Shown in pieces: positions 22,779 through 31,687 of a stretch of DNA of 44,698 bases. Each line of letters starts with the position of its first letter. Position 1 is the first letter of the stretch. The stretch covers positions 1-44,698 of the forward strand of contig JBFKFH010000001.1 of assembly GCA_041618685.1 (NCBI GenBank), in the 5' to 3' direction. Below the pieces are notes generated by a model. The model was not told the DNA's origin. It saw only the letters and a list, made by a program, of their open reading frames with translations, and did not search any database. Position numbers and translations under genes: made by a program. The stretch comes from Rheinheimera sp. Its GTDB lineage: Bacteria > Pseudomonadota > Gammaproteobacteria > Enterobacterales > Alteromonadaceae.

Positions 22779-24155
22779 TTAACGCAGTGATTTAATGGCA
22801 TAGAGCGCATCTAGATACGACTGCTCAGCATTGGCATACAAAGGCAGTAAAGGTGTTACCACAACGCCATTCAGTTTGCCGCGGTACAGCCCGCCATGCT
22901 GTGTCGGGTACATTAAGCTGTTCACATCATGGATCATAAAGGGTTCATCGTTAGCCATACCCAAATACAGTGATACATGGCCGGGAAAATAAAACAGATC
23001 ACCAACCTTAGCCTGCTGTATTGCCGCCATTTTTTCTGCCGGGCTGCTATCTGCAGCAAAGCGGATATTGCTGCCGTATGCCCCTTTACCCTGTTGGCCG
23101 GAGTTACGTGGCATCAGCAGGCCAAAACTGCGGAATACTTCGCCGATAAAACCGGTGCAGTCACGGCCGTTGTAATCATGCCCCCAGCCATAACGTTCGC
23201 CGAGAAACTTAAAAGCCTGGTGCAGAATATTCGCGGCGGTAAAAGGTAAGTAGCCCTGCTGCACGTCGGCACTTAGTGGCAGTAACGCCGCGGTTAATGT
23301 CAAACTGCCATCGGCGTTTCGCACCGGTAACTGCACAATATGGCTGGCGACGGTGTTTTGTCCATATAACATAAAGCCGTGTTCAGCCGGGCTCAGTAGG
23401 GGTAGCCGTACCCCCATATCCAGCTGCAGCTCAGACACTGCCGCCAACTGCGGATTAAATGCTGTGCGTACAGTCGCTCCGGTGATAACAACAAAAGGCT
23501 GTTGTTGGCTATAGGCCAGCACTTGTTGTTTTGTGCCAATCGCAATATCGGCAGCCTGCACCCAGCCGGTATAGTTAAAACTGCGCACCAGCTGCCACTG
23601 TTTATCCGCACTTTGGTGCAATACGGCAACCGCATCAGCCGGAAACAGTGCCGTCTCAGCGAAGCGGTCTAAATCCTGGTTGGCTTCTGCGTTGAATACC
23701 CGGTCCAGGGTTGGAAATGCCCGCAGCGGTGTACGCCTGACAACCAGGCCAAACTGCAGCCGGTTTTGCAACTGCACAGTATTCAGTGCCAGACGGCGCT
23801 GGTAGTCCTGCCAGTGCTGTGCGCTAAGCTCAGTGCCATCTGCATAGAAACGGGCACTGGAAGGCGCAGCGCTGACAGATTGAATAATTTGGCGTAATTC
23901 CTCGGCACTATATGCTGCAGGCAAATCTGACAAGGGTTGCATTTCTGCTTGCAGCGCAAACGTTTGCTGGTTGCGTTCGGCAATTTGCTCTGCTGTTAGC
24001 AGCAATTTATCGCCATCGGCAATTTTCGTCTGCCAAAACTGGCGCTTCATCTGTTCCGGCTGTAATAGCGGCACATCAGAACTAAACTGGTTAGCAGACA
24101 CCGTGGTCAGTGCCAGCAGGCAGTAAGTACACAGTAACCACGTTATATTTTTCAT
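22779..24155 (-). CDS. Exported SH3-domain NlpC/P60 peptidase (putative gamma-D-Glu-meso-DAP endopeptidase/dipeptidyl peptidase)
   Basis: Signal peptide, SH3-like segment (LHQSADKQWQLVRSFNYTGWV), and a C-terminal NlpC/P60 domain with YGWG...DCTGF (Cys), PGHV (His) and MIHD (third residue). Confidence 0.88.
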   Translation of the reverse strand: MKNITWLLCTYCLLALTTVSANQFSSDVPLLQPEQMKRQFWQTKIADGDKLLLTAEQIAERNQQTFALQAEMQPLSDLPAAYSAEELRQIIQSVSAAPSSARFYADGTELSAQHWQDYQRRLALNTVQLQNRLQFGLVVRRTPLRAFPTLDRVFNAEANQDLDRFAETALFPADAVAVLHQSADKQWQLVRSFNYTGWVQAADIAIGTKQQVLAYSQQQPFVVITGATVRTAFNPQLAAVSELQLDMGVRLPLLSPAEHGFMLYGQNTVASHIVQLPVRNADGSLTLTAALLPLSADVQQGYLPFTAANILHQAFKFLGERYGWGHDYNGRDCTGFIGEVFRSFGLLMPRNSGQQGKGAYGSNIRFAADSSPAEKMAAIQQAKVGDLFYFPGHVSLYLGMANDEPFMIHDVNSLMYPTQHGGLYRGKLNGVVVTPLLPLYANAEQSYLDALYAIKSLR

Positions 24156-24222
24156 GTCTGTTCCTATGTAACTCTTTATTTTTTATAAAATAAAAACCTT
24201 TCAACCAGTGCTTAACCTAGCG

Positions 24223-24293
24223 CAAAGGAATGAAATATTCCAATTTTTTACAAAATTGAGCATAAATTATTTTCCAAAGGAAAGAAATATTGC
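24223..24293. promoter_or_regulatory. Paired candidate operators in the divergent NlpC-P60/TBDR promoter region
   Basis: CAAAGGAATGAAATATTCC (24223-24241) and CAAAGGAAAGAAATATTGC (24275-24293) are 17/19 identical and 52 bp apart; each carries GGAAW-N5-ATTSC. Confidence 0.6.
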
Positions 24294-24299
24294 TATGTT
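24271..24299 (+). promoter_or_regulatory. Putative sigma-70 promoter of the TonB-dependent receptor
   Basis: TTTCCA-N17-TATGTT with an extended -10 TG (TGcTATGTT). Confidence 0.45.
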
Positions 24300-24409
24300 A
24301 ATTTTGTGCAGAAAATAAACGCTATGCATCGGAAACAAAACGGGCAAGCAGACCCGAGCAACGGATAGTCAGATAAAAACAAAATAACGCAACTCCAGGA
24401 GAGATAGTG

Positions 24410-27253
24410 ATGAAGTTGAATAAGCTGATTCAGGCCCTAACCCTTGCCGGCCTGAGCACACATGCATTTGCCCAGGACACCGCCCAGCAGAGCGACATTG
24501 CTGCCGAGGACGCTAAAGTCGAGCGGATCCGGGTTACCGGGTCAAGCATTAAGCGTACCGCCCTTGAGGGCGATTTACCGATCACCGTTTTCAGCCGTGC
24601 CGACATCGACGCAGCCGGCATTACTTCCGCAGAACAATTACTACTGCAAATGAATATCGCTGGTAATTCGTCTGATAACCTGGCCAGTAATGGCGGTATA
24701 GTGTCAGAAGAACAGCGCGGCAATAACGGCGTCTCTGGCGCTAACCTGCGCGGTCAGGGTGCAGATGCAACGCTGGTGCTGCTAAATGGCCGTCGCGTGG
24801 CAACACATGGTCTTAAAGGCCGGGCGGTAGATTTAAACTCTATTCCATTTGCGGCGCTGGAGCGGGTTGAAGTGCTGCGTGACGGTGCCTCAGCCGTATA
24901 TGGTACTGACGCCATCGGCGGCGTAATTAACTTTATTACCAAGAAAGATTACACCGGTGCTGAAGCATCGGCGTTTGTCGACCATACCGAAGCGGGTGGC
25001 GGAAATATCTATCGCACAAACCTGTTGTTCGGCACAGGTGACATTAATAAAGATGGCTGGAACGTGTTTGGTACGCTGTCATACAAGAAAAATGAAGTGC
25101 TGGCGGGTAATGACCGTGACTTCTCGACCACCTTTCAGCCAGCGCGTGGCTTATCGCCTGACACCCGCGGTACCCCTTTCGCTACCGTATTTAACCGCGG
25201 CGCGAGTCAGTCAAACTTAATTGGTACCGGCCTGATAGACCCGCTTGACGGGCAGTCGGTTACCGCAATAAATATCCTTGATTTGCCTGGCGGCGGTGGC
25301 TGTGAAAGCGGCGGCGACATGATGGGGCCGTACGACCATCAACTGTGGAGTTCAGAATCATCACGTTATGCCTGTGCCTGGGATTACCCGGCGGCCGCGC
25401 GTATTCAGCAACCCCAGGAAAGCATCGACTTTATCGGCCGCGCCAGTTTTAAACTGGCTGAAGAGCATATGGCTACACTGGAGTTCGTTGCATCTGAGGT
25501 TGATGTCAGCAAAGCCTTTGAACCCAACCAGATTTCTCCCGGTTCAACCTTTGGCCCCGACGCCTGGTATCCCAGCACTGGCGAATCTTATGATGCCGTT
25601 TACAATGCGCTGGCTAACTATTTTGGTGCCGATCAGCTGAACTATGGCGAACGTATTGCCTACCGCTGGCGTTGTATGGCTTGTGGCCCGCGCGAAATTG
25701 ACACGACCACCAAAGCCTATCGTTTTCTGGCGGCTTTTGAGGGCGTAATAGCAAACTGGGATTACAATGTTGGTGTGTCACGCGCATCCAGTGAATCAGA
25801 ATCTACCCTTGGCACTGGCTACCACTACACGGCAGAGTTACAGCAAGTTCTGGGTAGCGGCCTGATTAACCCTTTCCTGATGCCTGGCCAAAGCCAGTCA
25901 GCGGCAGGAATGGCCGCGCTCAATAGTGCCTCTGCGTATGGCGTTAAGCTATATGGCGGCGAGTCGATTATGACGCAGATTGATGCGACATTCTCCGGCG
26001 AGCTGGGGTTTGAATTGCCTGGTGGCAACATTATGATGGCCGCCGGTGTTGATTTGCGCCGTGAAGAGTTTAAGTTCAACGGTGATGAGCGGGCAGAGAT
26101 GCGCCCGGTGTTTAACGCCCCTTTTGATAATGCCAACGTACTGGACAAAGTCAGCCGCGACATTAAAGCCGTATTTGTTGAAGTGTATCTGCCGGTGTTA
26201 GATAACCTGGACGTAACACTGGCCAGCCGCTATGACAAATATGACGGCTTTGGCAGCACCACTAACCCGAAAATCTCTTTCAGCTACCGTCCAATTGAAG
26301 AACTGATGTTTCGCGGTGCTTATAGCACAGGCTTTAAAGTGCCATCGTTCAACCAGTTGTTTAATGGTGTAACCGAGTCACAATATACCGGCCTTGACCT
26401 GGCTGATCCGGCGACATGCCCGGGTGGGGTGGCGGATGAAAACGTTGCCGGCTGTGAACGTATTCAACCGGTAGAAATTTTTGGTGGTAAAGAAGATTTG
26501 TCACCTGAAGAATCCGAACAGAAGAGCTTTGGCTTTGTCGTGGTTCCTGTCGACTATTTCAACATCAGTGTCGACTGGTGGGAAATTGAACGTACTGACA
26601 CGATTCGTTCCGCACCACGTGATGTATTAATTGAAAACTACGATCTGTTTGCTGCCAACTGGATCCGCAATGCTCAGGGCACTGTGGTTGCCATTGACCG
26701 GCGCTATATTAACTCGGGTGGTACCTTAACCCGTGGTATCGAGGTTGATGCCAATCTGACCGGCGAACTGGCTGGCGGAACCTGGAAAGTAAACCTGAAC
26801 GGCAGCTATATCGACAGCTTTAAAACTAAAGGCATCGACAGCTTACCGTACAGTGAAGACCTGGTTGGCGAATATGTCCGTTACTACAACCTGCCCATCC
26901 GCTGGAAGCACACGTTGAATTTCAACTATGCCCATGGCGACTGGAGTCATAGTCTGACGCAACTATACCGCGACGGCTATAACGATGAGTTACCGGTAAG
27001 CGTACGCAATGGCAGCTATGTCCCATCGCAGTGGAACCCGAAAGTTGACGAGTACATTACCTATAACTATAGCGTGACGTACAAAGGCATTGACGATCTG
27101 AGCCTGACCTTTGGTATTAAGAACCTGTTTGATGAAGATCCGCCATTTACGGCCCACCAGAATGACTTTGCCGCTGGTGCTGGCTGGGAACCGCGTATTG
27201 CTGACCCACGTGGTCGCGCCTATACGTTGTTAGTTGAATATAAGTTTATGTAA
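24410..27253 (+). CDS. TonB-dependent receptor
   Basis: Signal peptide ending AFA, TonB-box-like ERIRVTGS, plug motifs NLRGQG..TLVLLNGRR and ERVEVLRDGASAVYGTDAIGGVINFITK, and C-terminal NLFD...GRAYTLLVEYKFM. Start is ATG 24410 or GTG 24407 after AGGAGAG. Confidence 0.96.
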   Translation: MKLNKLIQALTLAGLSTHAFAQDTAQQSDIAAEDAKVERIRVTGSSIKRTALEGDLPITVFSRADIDAAGITSAEQLLLQMNIAGNSSDNLASNGGIVSEEQRGNNGVSGANLRGQGADATLVLLNGRRVATHGLKGRAVDLNSIPFAALERVEVLRDGASAVYGTDAIGGVINFITKKDYTGAEASAFVDHTEAGGGNIYRTNLLFGTGDINKDGWNVFGTLSYKKNEVLAGNDRDFSTTFQPARGLSPDTRGTPFATVFNRGASQSNLIGTGLIDPLDGQSVTAINILDLPGGGGCESGGDMMGPYDHQLWSSESSRYACAWDYPAAARIQQPQESIDFIGRASFKLAEEHMATLEFVASEVDVSKAFEPNQISPGSTFGPDAWYPSTGESYDAVYNALANYFGADQLNYGERIAYRWRCMACGPREIDTTTKAYRFLAAFEGVIANWDYNVGVSRASSESESTLGTGYHYTAELQQVLGSGLINPFLMPGQSQSAAGMAALNSASAYGVKLYGGESIMTQIDATFSGELGFELPGGNIMMAAGVDLRREEFKFNGDERAEMRPVFNAPFDNANVLDKVSRDIKAVFVEVYLPVLDNLDVTLASRYDKYDGFGSTTNPKISFSYRPIEELMFRGAYSTGFKVPSFNQLFNGVTESQYTGLDLADPATCPGGVADENVAGCERIQPVEIFGGKEDLSPEESEQKSFGFVVVPVDYFNISVDWWEIERTDTIRSAPRDVLIENYDLFAANWIRNAQGTVVAIDRRYINSGGTLTRGIEVDANLTGELAGGTWKVNLNGSYIDSFKTKGIDSLPYSEDLVGEYVRYYNLPIRWKHTLNFNYAHGDWSHSLTQLYRDGYNDELPVSVRNGSYVPSQWNPKVDEYITYNYSVTYKGIDDLSLTFGIKNLFDEDPPFTAHQNDFAAGAGWEPRIADPRGRAYTLLVEYKFM

Positions 27254-27337
27254 CCCACTTTAGCCACCGGCTGTCCCGCCGGTGGTTATTGTCCCGTCAA
27301 GGATGACAGCAACTCCCACCTGATCCTGGTGATTTTT

Positions 27338-27360
27338 GGCCCGCTAATGCGGGCTTTTTT
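27338..27360 (+). terminator. Intrinsic terminator after the TBDR
   Basis: GCCCGC-taat-GCGGGC followed by T6. Confidence 0.85.
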
Positions 27361-27491
27361 ATTATCTGCGCCATGCTATTGCCCGGTACCAGCGTTAACA
27401 TCAACCTTGTGCTGGCGAAAAACAATTGCCGGTGCTTTTAGGCTAAAAATGTACTATCGTGAGCTGCCGTATTGCTATTAGCGTGCCCTTT

Positions 27492-28115
27492 ATGACTAGA
27501 ACCTGTCTGTTACTGACGCTGGGCCTGTGTTTTTCTTCGCTGGCTGCCACATTAGAAGTGACCGTAACGAATACCCAGCAGCAGCCGCTGCCCTACACCG
27601 TTGTCGAATTAGTACACCCGGAATATCTGGCGGCCCCGCCGGCTGAGGCAGCAAAGGTCGTCCAGCAACAGCTGAATTTTCAACCTTTCGTCAGCGTGGT
27701 ACAACAAGGAACACGGGTAGAGTTTCCCAACCTGGATAAAACCCGCCATCATGTCTATTCCTTTTCAAAAGCCAAAACCTTTGAACTGCGCTTATATGCC
27801 GGCAAGCCTGAAGCGCCGGTAATGTTTGATCAGGCAGGTGTTGTCACCCTTGGCTGTAACATTCATGACAACATGCTGGCGTATATCTACGTTAGCGCCA
27901 GCCGTTATGTTGCTCTGACCGATGCCGACGGCAAGGCAAGCTTTTCTGAGCTGCCAGCGACAACCTATCAATTACAATTGTGGAGCCCATGGCAAACACA
28001 ACCCTTGCCTGCAGCGCAAGGCAGCATAAATGCCGGGCAGAAAAACATCACGATAGAACTTGATATTGCGCCACAGGCATTACCTGCGACACCGAAAAGA
28101 GGCTTTGGTGACTAG
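27492..28115 (+). CDS. Periplasmic cupredoxin-like protein (methylamine-utilization MauL-like) with C-terminal transthyretin-like domain
   Basis: Signal peptide, FQPFV..V..GTRVEFPNLD..RHHVYSFS, and GCNIHDNM (Cys-x2-His-x2-Met, type-1-copper-like). ATG 27492 preferred to GTG 27459. Confidence 0.8.
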   Translation: MTRTCLLLTLGLCFSSLAATLEVTVTNTQQQPLPYTVVELVHPEYLAAPPAEAAKVVQQQLNFQPFVSVVQQGTRVEFPNLDKTRHHVYSFSKAKTFELRLYAGKPEAPVMFDQAGVVTLGCNIHDNMLAYIYVSASRYVALTDADGKASFSELPATTYQLQLWSPWQTQPLPAAQGSINAGQKNITIELDIAPQALPATPKRGFGD

Positions 28116-28145
28116 TACTAATGTTCAGTCACCCGCCAGAAGGTG

Positions 28146-28527
<382 letters not shown>

Positions 28528-28540
28528 GGCGGCGATTATA
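28528..28540 (-). promoter_or_regulatory. rnpB promoter -10 and GC-rich discriminator
   Basis: Perfect TATAAT (28540-28535) followed by CGCCGCC immediately before the RNA 5' end; the -35 is weak. Confidence 0.7.
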
Positions 28541-28546
28541 CCCGAT

Positions 28547-29398
28547 TTATTCGCTGGCACCAGACAATTGCAGTGCAAGTTTATACAGCGCGTTTTTCTT
28601 GCCACCATGAATTTGGGCCGTGATAGCCGCCGCCTTTTTCAGCGGTAACTCTGCCAGTAATAATTGCAGCGTAGCCAGCGCCGCCGCACTGACCTCGGCA
28701 TCAGCTTTTGGTGTCGGAGCAATCATCAATACCATCTCACCCTGACAGCGCTGCGGATCGGCGTCCAGCCATGCACTAATCTGTGCTGCTGTGCCGTATT
28801 CCACATGTTCGAAGGTTTTGGTTAACTCCTTGGCCAGTACCAGTTCACGTTCAGGCCCAAACACCTTGGCAACATCCGACAAGGTATCTTTAATACGCCG
28901 CGCAGTGTCATAACAAATAATCGTGCCAACCCCTGCTGGTACATCGGCCAGTTGATTCTGCCGTTGCTGGCTTTTCGGGAGCAAAAAACCGATAAAATGA
29001 AATTTGTCGGTAGGCAGCCCGGCGGCACACAAGGCCGTGATCAATGCGCAAGGGCCTGGTATCGGTATTACCCGCACACCGGCTTCACGGCATTGCCGTA
29101 CCAGGCTGTAGCCCGGGTCACTGATCAGTGGCGTACCGGCGTCAGACACCAGAGCAACATTTTCACCAGCCAGACACTTTTGAATAATACTGGCCGCCCG
29201 CTGTTTTTCATTGTGGTCATGCAGTGCAATCGTTTTCGCCGAAATTGCCAGATGCTGCAGCAGACGACCGGTGTGCCGGGTGTCCTCCGCCGCTACCCAA
29301 TCTACCTGCCGCAAAGTGTCGATAGCCCGTTGGCTGATATCTGCCAGATTGCCAATTGGCGTGGCTACTACATATAAAAACCCGTTGTCTTTTGCCAT
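28547..29398 (-). CDS. rsmI: 16S rRNA C1402 2'-O-methyltransferase
   Basis: LYVVATPIGNL, AAEDTR, VSDAGTPLISDPG and KELTKTFE. Confidence 0.98.
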   Translation of the reverse strand: MAKDNGFLYVVATPIGNLADISQRAIDTLRQVDWVAAEDTRHTGRLLQHLAISAKTIALHDHNEKQRAASIIQKCLAGENVALVSDAGTPLISDPGYSLVRQCREAGVRVIPIPGPCALITALCAAGLPTDKFHFIGFLLPKSQQRQNQLADVPAGVGTIICYDTARRIKDTLSDVAKVFGPERELVLAKELTKTFEHVEYGTAAQISAWLDADPQRCQGEMVLMIAPTPKADAEVSAAALATLQLLLAELPLKKAAAITAQIHGGKKNALYKLALQLSGASE

Positions 29399-29469
29399 TT
29401 CGTGATTAATATTCGCTATTTAATTGAGCTTAACCGGCAGTCTCAGTAAGATAAGACCATTGTTTCGTT

Positions 29470-31311
29470 ATGGTACTGCGCATTGTGACTTCCAGCAAAT
29501 TAAAGCCTTTAATATTTATCTGCCTAGGTAGCGTACTCGCTGGCTGTGCGCAGGGCCCGGTGCAGACACAAGTGCCGGCGGCTGATGCCGCGCCTATCGT
29601 AAAAACCGGTCAACCTGCAGTTTCCGCCCGGGAACTGTTTCGCCTGGCGGCAAATTATCAGGCTGAGCCGCAACACTACCATTTACTTAAAGCCGCCAGA
29701 CAGGCGCTAGCCGAGCAGGATTACTTACTGGCGCTGGCCATTAGTGAAAATCTGAAGTTGAGCCCATACCCTCTGGTCAGGCGGCAGAATATGCTGGTGT
29801 TATTAAAAGCCTACCTGGCGACTGACCAGCAACACAGCCTGACCGAGTTACTAAGCAACGTTGATATTAATGCGGTGGCTGAAGCAGATCAGACGGAATT
29901 CTTATGGCTCAGTAGCCAGCACCACAGCCAGCAGTTGCGCTATCTGGCCGCCAGCCGGAGTTTATTATTGTTGCAGCAACGTCCGGACGCAGCAAAACGC
30001 TTCGCGCAATATGCGGACCTATTGTGGCAAAACTTGTCAGCGCTGAGCGACAGCCAGCTCGAGTCACTGCGTACCGGTGCCAGTAATACCGCATCTGGCT
30101 GGTTAAATCTGGCTGCGTTAAGCCGCCGTTACATTGGTCAGCCGGCAGAACTGCAACAGGCGTTCAGCGATTGGCAGCGCCGCTATCCGATGCTTCCGCC
30201 ACTGGAACAACTGCCTGCAGCGGTGCGTCAGCTTATCCGGCTTACCCCTTATCAGCCGCGCAGAATCGCCGTGTTGCTGCCATTACAAGGCCAGTTCCGG
30301 CCGCATGCTCTGGCTGTACAATACGGTATCTTAGCTGCCGCCAGCGGTAACGATGCTGCCGGCTTAGTGTTTATTGACAGCCAGCAACCGGCTGACACTA
30401 TCCGCCAGCATGTTGAACAGGCGCAGGCCGAATTTGTTATTGGCCCGTTGGTTAAAGATCAGGTTGATAGCGTACGTCAGCTGGCAGACTGGCGATGGCC
30501 AACGCTGTTTCTAAATAGCAACGACAGTAACAGCCGCGCCGCAGAGCAGTTTTATTTTGCCCTGAGCATGGAAGATGAAGCGGCGCAAATGGCACAATTA
30601 TTTGAGCAAAAAAACTATCGCCGGCCAGTTGTGATCAGTGCAGCTAACAACAGCAACTTGCGTATGCAACAACGCTTTGCCGCCCAATGGCAGCAACTGG
30701 GCCATGCCGCGCCGGAGTTGCACCAGTTTAACAGTAAAGAAGATCTGGAGAGTTTAATTAGCCGTTTACTGGAAACAGATCGCAGTCGCGAACGGGTAAA
30801 GCAGCTAAGTAATTTAGTACCGGAAAAACTGGAAGCCGATCCGCACAGCCGGTTAGATATTGATGCTATTTATCTGCTGGCCGATCCGGTACAAACGCGT
30901 TTGTTTAAGCCCTTTGTTGATGTATCGGTTAGCCAGACGGCGCCTAAGTTGCCGATATACGCCAGTTCCCGCAGCCACAGCACCAGTTTGGACAGTACCG
31001 ACTTACGCGATTTAAATGGCCTGACATTTACCGAAATGCCCTGGATGCTGGGTGAGCAAAACAGCCTGGCGTTGCGCCAGCAGTACCAGCAGCTGTTCCC
31101 TGAGCAAGATGAAACACTGCAGCGTTTGTTCGCCATGGGGTATGATGCGTACCAGTTGATAGGTAGTCTGCGCCAGCAGCAACAATTGCCGGCAACGGTA
31201 TTCCCAGGTTTAACCGGTCAACTGCGTTTATCTGGCAACGGCAGCATAGTGCGCCAGCTCAGCTGGGCTGGGTATCGTAATAATCAACTGCGCCCGGTGC
31301 AGGAACCCTGA
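29470..31311 (+). CDS. lpoA: Outer-membrane lipoprotein PBP1a activator LpoA (LppC family)
   Basis: Lipobox LAGC, IAVLLPLQG, VIGPLVK, IYASSRS, RLFAMGYDAY and GLTGQL; divergent from rsmI and upstream of yraN. Confidence 0.92.
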   Translation: MVLRIVTSSKLKPLIFICLGSVLAGCAQGPVQTQVPAADAAPIVKTGQPAVSARELFRLAANYQAEPQHYHLLKAARQALAEQDYLLALAISENLKLSPYPLVRRQNMLVLLKAYLATDQQHSLTELLSNVDINAVAEADQTEFLWLSSQHHSQQLRYLAASRSLLLLQQRPDAAKRFAQYADLLWQNLSALSDSQLESLRTGASNTASGWLNLAALSRRYIGQPAELQQAFSDWQRRYPMLPPLEQLPAAVRQLIRLTPYQPRRIAVLLPLQGQFRPHALAVQYGILAAASGNDAAGLVFIDSQQPADTIRQHVEQAQAEFVIGPLVKDQVDSVRQLADWRWPTLFLNSNDSNSRAAEQFYFALSMEDEAAQMAQLFEQKNYRRPVVISAANNSNLRMQQRFAAQWQQLGHAAPELHQFNSKEDLESLISRLLETDRSRERVKQLSNLVPEKLEADPHSRLDIDAIYLLADPVQTRLFKPFVDVSVSQTAPKLPIYASSRSHSTSLDSTDLRDLNGLTFTEMPWMLGEQNSLALRQQYQQLFPEQDETLQRLFAMGYDAYQLIGSLRQQQQLPATVFPGLTGQLRLSGNGSIVRQLSWAGYRNNQLRPVQEP

Positions 31312-31318
31312 GTTCAGC

Positions 31319-31666
31319 ATGAATAAACTGGGGCAACAGTATGAACAGCTGGCACTGGAGTACCTGCAGCAGCAGGGTTTGCAGCCGATACAACAAAATT
31401 TCCAATGCAAGGCCGGCGAAATAGACCTGGTGATGCGCGATGGTGACAGTATCGTCTTTATTGAGGTGAAATACCGAGCCAGCTCGGCTTTTGGCGGCGC
31501 GGCAGCCGCTGTCACCGCCAGCAAACAGCAGAAACTACTGCGCGCCAGTCGCTGGTATCTGCAACAATACCGACTGACAAATCAACCGTGCCGGCTGGAC
31601 GTGGTAGCAATAGAAGGCCAACCGCCGTACCAGTTGCAATGGATAAAAAATGCGATTACGCAATAG
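31319..31666 (+). CDS. yraN: YraN/UPF0102 family putative nuclease
   Basis: GEIDLVM..VFIEVKYR and CRLDVVAI. Confidence 0.93.
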   Translation: MNKLGQQYEQLALEYLQQQGLQPIQQNFQCKAGEIDLVMRDGDSIVFIEVKYRASSAFGGAAAAVTASKQQKLLRASRWYLQQYRLTNQPCRLDVVAIEGQPPYQLQWIKNAITQ

Positions 31667-31687
31667 AACAATCAGCAGGACACCCTG

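Noticed and set aside
24156-24409. Fur box or cobalamin riboswitch upstream of the TBDR
   Set aside because: No GATAATGATAATCATTATC-like array and no B12-box/GGGAA core seen; the leader is short and A-rich.
27413-27429. TGGCGAAAAACAATTGC as a sigma-54 promoter for the cupredoxin gene
   Set aside because: GG-to-GC spacing is 12 nt, not the required 10.
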